From contig OZ024741.1 of assembly GCA_964016885.1 (NCBI GenBank), positions 247,876,001 through 247,940,000 of the forward strand: a stretch of DNA of 64,000 nucleotides. The letters are read 5' to 3'. Shown here in pieces: positions 58,501-64,000 of the stretch. The translations under genes were made by a program, and so were the position numbers. Under the pieces are notes generated by a model, which worked only from the letters and a program-made list of their open reading frames with translations, had not been told where the DNA came from and ran no database searches. Source of the stretch: Eledone cirrhosa. Its lineage: Eukaryota. How positions within the stretch are numbered: the first letter of the stretch is position 1; the number at the start of each line of letters is the position of its first letter.

Positions 58501-61500
58501 TATCTCCCCCTGATTTTTTTTACAAATTATATCCGCCTGATTTTTTTAAATATTATCTCTCCTTGGCTGGCGGGAAATTATCTCCCCTTGGACGGCTGGA
58601 AATTATCTCCCCTTGGAAGGATGGAAATTATCTCCCCTTGGACGGCTGGAAATTATCTACCCCTGATTTTTTTTACAAATTATCTCCCCCTGATTTTTTT
58701 TACAAATTATCTCCCCCTGATTTTTTTTTTACAAATTATCTCCCCCTGATTTTTTTACAAATTATCTCCCCCTGATTTTTTTTACAAATTATCTCCGCCT
58801 GATTTTTTAAAATATTATCTTACCTTGGCTGGCGGGAAATTATCTCCCCTTGGACGGCTGAAAATTATCTCCCCTTGGACGGCTGGAAATTATCTCCCCT
58901 TGGACGCTGGAAATTATAGCCCCTTGGAGGGCTGGAAATTATCTTCCCTTGGACGGCTGGAAATTATCTCCCCTTGATTTTTTTTTACAAATTATCTCCC
59001 CCTGATTTTTTTTTACAAATTATCTCCCCCTGATTTTTTTTTACAAATTATCTCCCCCTGATTTTTTTTTTACAAATTATCTCCGCCTGATTTTTTTTTT
59101 AAAATTATCTCCCCTTGGACGGCTGGAAATTATCTCCCCTTGGACGGCTGGAAATTATCTCCCCTTGGACGGCTAGAAATTATCTCTCCTTGGACGGCTG
59201 AAAATTATCTCCCCTTGGACGGCTGCAAATTATCTCCCCTTGATTTTTTTTACAAATTATCTCCCCCTGATTTTTTTTACAAATTATCTCCCCCTGATTT
59301 TTTTTACAAATTATCTACCCCTGATTTTTTTTACAAATTATCTCCCCCTGATTTTTTTTTACAAATTATCTCCCTCTGATTTTTTTTTACAAATTATCTC
59401 CCCCTGATTTTTTTTTACAAATTATCTCCCCCTGATTTTTTTACAAATTATCTCCCCCTGATTTTTTTTACAATCTCCGCCTGATTTTTTTAAAAATTAT
59501 CTTCCCTTGGCTGGCGGGAAATTATCTCCCCTTGGACGGCTGGAAATTATCTCCCCTTGGAAGGATGGAAATTATCTCCCCTTGGACGGCTGGAAATTAT
59601 CTCCCCTTGCACGGCTGGAAATTATCTCCCCTTGGCTGGAAATTATCTCCCCTTGGACGGCTAGAAATTATCTCTCTTTGGACGGCTGGAAATTATCTCC
59701 CTTTGATTTTTTTTACAAATTATCTCCCTCTGATTTTTTTTACAAATCTCCCCCTGATTTTTTAAAAAAAATTATCTCCCCTTCGCTGGCTGGAAATTAT
59801 CTCCCCTTGGACACTGGAAATTATAGCCCCTTGGAGGGCTGGAAATTATCTTCTCTTGGACGGCTGGAAATTATCTCCCCTTGATTTTTTTTACAAATTA
59901 TCTCCCCCTGATTTTTTTTTACAAATTATCTCCCCCGATTTTTTTTTACAAATTATCTCCCCCTGATTTTTTTTTACAAATTATCTCCCCCTGATTTTTG
60001 TTTACAAATTATCTCCCCTTGGACGGCTGGAAATTATCTCCCCTTGGACGGCTAGAAATTACCTCTCCTTGGACGGCTGAAAATTATCCTCCCTTGGACG
60101 GCTGGAAATTATCTCCCCTTGATTTTTTTACAAATTATCTCCCCCTGATTTTTTTTTTACAAATTATCTCACCCTGATTTTTTTTACAAATTATCTACCC
60201 CTGATTTTTTTTTACAAATTATCTCCCCCTGATTTTTTTTACAAATTATCTCCCACTGATTTTTTTTTTACAAATTATCTCCCCCTGATTTTTTTACAAA
60301 TTATCTCCCCCTGATTTTTTTTACAAATTATATCCGCCTGATTTTTTTAAATATTATCTCTCCTTGGCTGGCGGGAAATTATCTCCCCTTGGACGGCTGG
60401 AAATTATCTCCCCTTGGAAGGATGGAAATTATCTCCCCTTGGACGGCTGGAAATTATCTACCCCTGATTTTTTTTACAAATTATCTCCCCCTGATTTTTT
60501 TTACAAATTATCTCCCCCTGATTTTTTTACAAATTATCTCCCCCTGATTTTTTTTACAAATTATCTCCGCCTGATTTTTTAAAATATTATCTTACCTTGG
60601 CTGGCGGGAAATTATCTCCCCTTGGACGGCTGAAAATTATCTCCCCTTGGACGGCTGGAAATTATCTCCCCTTGATTTTTTTTACAAATTATCTCCCCCT
60701 GATTTTTTTTTACAAATTATCTCCCCCTGATTTTTTTTACAAATTATCTCCCCCCTGATTTTTTTACAAATTATCTCCCCTTGGCTGGCTGGAAATTATC
60801 TCCCCTTGGAGGCTGGAACTTATCTCCCCTTGGACGGCTAGAAATTACCTCTCCTTGGACGGCTGGAAAATATGTCTCCTTGGACGGCTGGATATTATCT
60901 CCCCTTGGACGGCTGGAAATTATCTCCCCTTGGACGGCTGGAAATTATCTCCCCTTGGATGGCTAGATATTACCTCCCCTTGGACGGCTGGAAATTATCT
61001 CCCTTTGATTTTTTTTACAAATTATCTCCCCCTGATTTTTTTTTACAAATTATCTCCCCCTGATTTTTTTTTACAAATTATCTCCCCCTGATTTTTGTTT
61101 ACAAATTATCTCCGCCTGATTTTTTTTTAAAAATTATCTCCCCTTGGACGGCTGGAAATTATCTCCCCATGGACGGCTAGAAATTACCTCTCCTTGGACG
61201 GCTGAAAATTATCTCCCCTTGGACGGCTGGAAATTATCTCCCCTTGATTTTTTTACAAATTATCTCCCCCTGATTTTTTTTTTACAAATTATCTCCCCCT
61301 GATTTTTTTTTACAAATTATCTACCCCTGATTTTTTTTTACAAATTATCTCCCCCTGATTTTTTTTACAAATTATCTCCCCCTGATTTTTTTTTACAAAT
61401 TATCTCCCCCTGATTTTTTTACAAATTATCTCCCCCTGATTTTTTTACAAATTATCTCCGCCTGATTTTTTTAAATATTATCTCTCCTTGGCTGGCGGGA

Positions 61501-64000
61501 AATTATCTCCCCTTGGACTGCTGGAAATTATCTCCCCTTGGAAGGATGGAAATTATCTCCCCTTGGACGGCTAGAAATTATCTCTCTTTGGACGGCTGGA
61601 AATTATCACCCCTTGAGTTTTTTACAAATTATCTCCCCCTGATTTTTTTTACAAATCTCCCAGTGATTTTTAAAAAAAAATTATCTCCCCTTCGCTGGCT
61701 GGAAATTATCTCCCCTTGGACGCTGGAAATTATAGCCCCTTGGAGGGCTTGAAATTATCTTCCCTTGGACGGCTGGAAATTATCTCCCGTTGATTTTTTT
61801 TTACAAATTATCTCCCCCTGATTTTTTTTTACAAATTATCTCCCCCTGATTTTTTTTTACAACTTATCTGCGCCAGATTTTTTTAAAAAAATTATCTCCC
61901 CTTGGACGGCTGGAAATTATCTCCCCTTGGACGGCTGGAAATTATCTCTCCTTGGACGGCTAGAATTTACCTCTCCTTGGACGGCTGAAAATTATCTCCC
62001 CTTGGACGGCTGGAAATTATCTCCCCTTGATTTTTTTTACAAATTATCTCCCCCTGATTTTTTTTTACGAATTATCTCCCCCTGATTTTTTTTTACAAAT
62101 TATCTCCCCCTGATTTTTTTTTACAAATTATCTCCCCCTGATTTTTTTTACAAATTATCTCCCTCTGATTTTTTTACAAATTATCTCCCCTTGGCTGGCT
62201 GGAAATTATCTCCCCTAGGAGGCTGGAACTTATCTCCCCTTGGACGGCTAGAAATTACCTCTCTTTGGACGGCTGGAAAATATGTCTCCTTGGACGGCTG
62301 GATATTATCTCCCCTTGGACGGCTGGAAATTATCTCCCCTTGGACGGCTGGAAATTATCTCCCCTTGGATGGCTAGATATTACCTCCCCTTGGACGGCTG
62401 GAAATTATCTCCCCTTGATTTTTTTACAAATTATCTCCCCCTGATTTTTTTTTACAAATTATCTCCCCCGATTTTTTTTTACAAATTATCTCCCCCTGAT
62501 TTTTTTTTACAAATTATCTCCCCCTGATTTTTGTTTACAAATTATCTCCCCTTGGACGGCTGGAAATTATCTCCCCTTGGACGGCTAGAAATTACCTCTC
62601 CTTGGACGGCTGAAAATTATCCTCCCTTGGACGGCTGGAAATTATCTCCCCTTGATTTTTTTACAAATTATCTCCCCCTGATTTTTTTTTTACAAATTAT
62701 CTCACCCTGATTTTTTTTACAAATTATCTACCCCTGATTTCTTTTTACAAATTATCTCCCCCTGATTTTTTTTACAAATTATCTCCCACTGATTTTTTTT
62801 TTACAAATTATCTCCCCCTGATTTTTTTACAAATTATCTCCCCCTGATTTTTTTTACAAATTATATCCGCCTGATTTTTTTAAATATTATCTCTCCTTGG
62901 CTGGCGGGAAATTATCTCCCCTTGGACGGCTGGAAATTATCTCCCCTTGGAAGGATGGAAATTATCTCCCCTTGGACGGCTAGAAATTATCTCTCTTTGG
63001 ACGGCTGGAAATTATCACCCCTTGAGCTTTTTACAAATTATCTCCCCCTGATTTTTTTTACAAATCTCCCTGTGATTTTTAAAAAAAAATTATCTCCCCT
63101 TCGCTGGCTGGAAATTATCTCCCCTTGGACGCTGGAAATTATAGCCCCTTGGAGGGCTGGAAATTATCTTCCCTTGGACGGCTGGAAATTATCTCCCCTT
63201 GATTTTTTTTACAAATTATCTCCCCCTGATTTTTTTTTACAAATTATCTCCCCCTGATTTTTTTTACAACTTATCTGCGCCTGATTTTTTTTTAAAAATT
63301 ATCTCCCCTTGGACGGCTGGAAATTATCTCCCCTTGGACGGCTGGAAATTATCTCTCCTTGGACGGCTAGAATTTACCTCTCCTTGGACGGCTGAAAATT
63401 ATCTCCCCTTGGACGGCTGGAAATTATCTCCCCTTGATTTTTTTTACAAATTATCTCCCCCTGATTTTTTTTTACAAATTATCTCCCCCTGATTTTTTTT
63501 TACAAATTATCTCCCCCTGATTTTTTTTTACAAATTATCTACCCCTGATTTTTTTTTGCAAATTATCTCCCCTTGGCTGGCTGGAAATTATCTCCCCTTG
63601 GAGGCTGGAACTTATCTCCCCTTGGACGGCTAGAAATTACCTCTCCTTGGACGGCTGGAAAATATGTCTCCTTGGACGGCTGGATATTATCTCCCCTTGG
63701 ACGGCTGGAAATTATCTCCCCTTGGACGGCTGAAAATTATCTCCCCTTGATTTTTTTTACAAATTATCTCCCCCTGATTTTTTTTTACAAATTATCTCCC
63801 CCTGATTTTTGTTTACAAATTATCTCCGCCTAATTTTTTTAAAAAATTATCTCCCCTTGGACGGCTGGAAATTATCTCCCCTTGGACGGATAGAAATTAC
63901 CTCTCCTTGGACGGCTGAAAATTATCTCCCCTTTGACGGCTGGAAATTATCTCCCCTTGATTTTTTTACAAATTATCTGCCCCTGATTTTTTTTTTACAA
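42873..64000 (+). repeat. Second copy of a >=20.6 kb duplication of positions 1-20667
   Basis: Collinear landmarks: 409/43282, 772/43645, 2474/45347, 9164/51883, 13113/56584, 16144/59507, 18179/61513, 20240/63573. Shared rare variants include GGACTGCTGG (18181/61515), TCCCGTTGAT (18451/61786) and GATTTCTTT (~19403/62736). Confidence 0.95.

Larger units (their letters stand above)
1..64000 (+). repeat. Composite two-monomer tandem satellite array (25-bp type A and 26-29-bp type B, shared core AAATTATCTCCCC), running off both window ends
   Basis: The core, or a variant with a few substitutions or a short deletion, recurs about every 21-29 bp from base 1 to 64000. It is followed by either TTGGACGGCTGG (A) or CTGA(T)7-10AC (B). 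No inverted copy or non-repeat sequence was seen. Confidence 0.99.

Noticed and set aside
409-63833. All plus-strand ORFs (61-149 aa, GWKLSPLGRLEIISPWTAGNYLPLD and PPDFFYKLS repeats)
   Set aside because: The consensus 25-bp A monomer has no stop in any + frame, so three monomers give an open 25-aa cycle. The ORFs overlap in several frames, mostly start at TTG and are broken by T-tract length variation. No - strand ORFs exist because each core gives TAA. These are repeat artefacts.
1-64000. CRISPR-like constant repeat plus spacer layout
   Set aside because: The core is only 13 bp, the linkers are 12-16 bp and of just two recurring classes rather than unique spacers, and there is no leader or cas gene.
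1-64000. Telomerase-synthesised repeat (e.g. 25-bp yeast-type telomere unit)
   Set aside because: Variants are inherited in kb-scale HORs, which indicates recombinational amplification rather than templated addition. I recognise no matching telomere motif. A subtelomeric location is not excluded.
1-64000. Canonical G-quadruplex or i-motif array
   Set aside because: The G4-5 runs are separated by about 21-24 nt, much longer than canonical 1-7 nt loops. Only weak non-canonical structures are conceivable.
1-64000. Sequencing artefact or synthetic concatemer
   Set aside because: Hierarchical shared variants, reproducible homopolymer lengths and nested duplications look like natural satellite evolution, although exact copy numbers still need read validation.
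1-64000. A/B block order as an information-bearing code
   Set aside because: The order is adequately explained by nested duplication and in-register deletion. Nothing in the sequence indicates a reader mechanism.

Overview
All 64 kb is one uninterrupted, head-to-tail, single-orientation composite satellite (roughly 2,400 monomers, estimated from mean monomer length). I see no supportable gene, RNA gene, transposon or unique sequence. Two monomer types share the core AAATTATCTCCCC. Type A is GGAAATTATCTCCCCTTGGACGGCT (25 bp, 52% GC). Type B is ACAAATTATCTCCCCCTGA(T)7-10 (26-29 bp, about 30% GC). They alternate in short homogeneous blocks, and specific variant monomers mark the block boundaries. 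The blocks are nested into higher-order repeats (HORs): a 9-monomer marker cassette recurring every ~0.9-1.4 kb, HORs of ~4.89 kb and ~5.20 kb, a 1.66 kb tandem duplication, and a >=20.6 kb duplication at ~42.7-43.5 kb offset whose large indels are whole monomers. A more diverged segment lies at ~33.1-39.3 kb. All listed ORFs are by-products of the repeat. This is most likely eukaryotic heterochromatic (centromeric, pericentromeric or subtelomeric) satellite, but that is inference: I do not recognise the family or organism, and function cannot be established from sequence alone.
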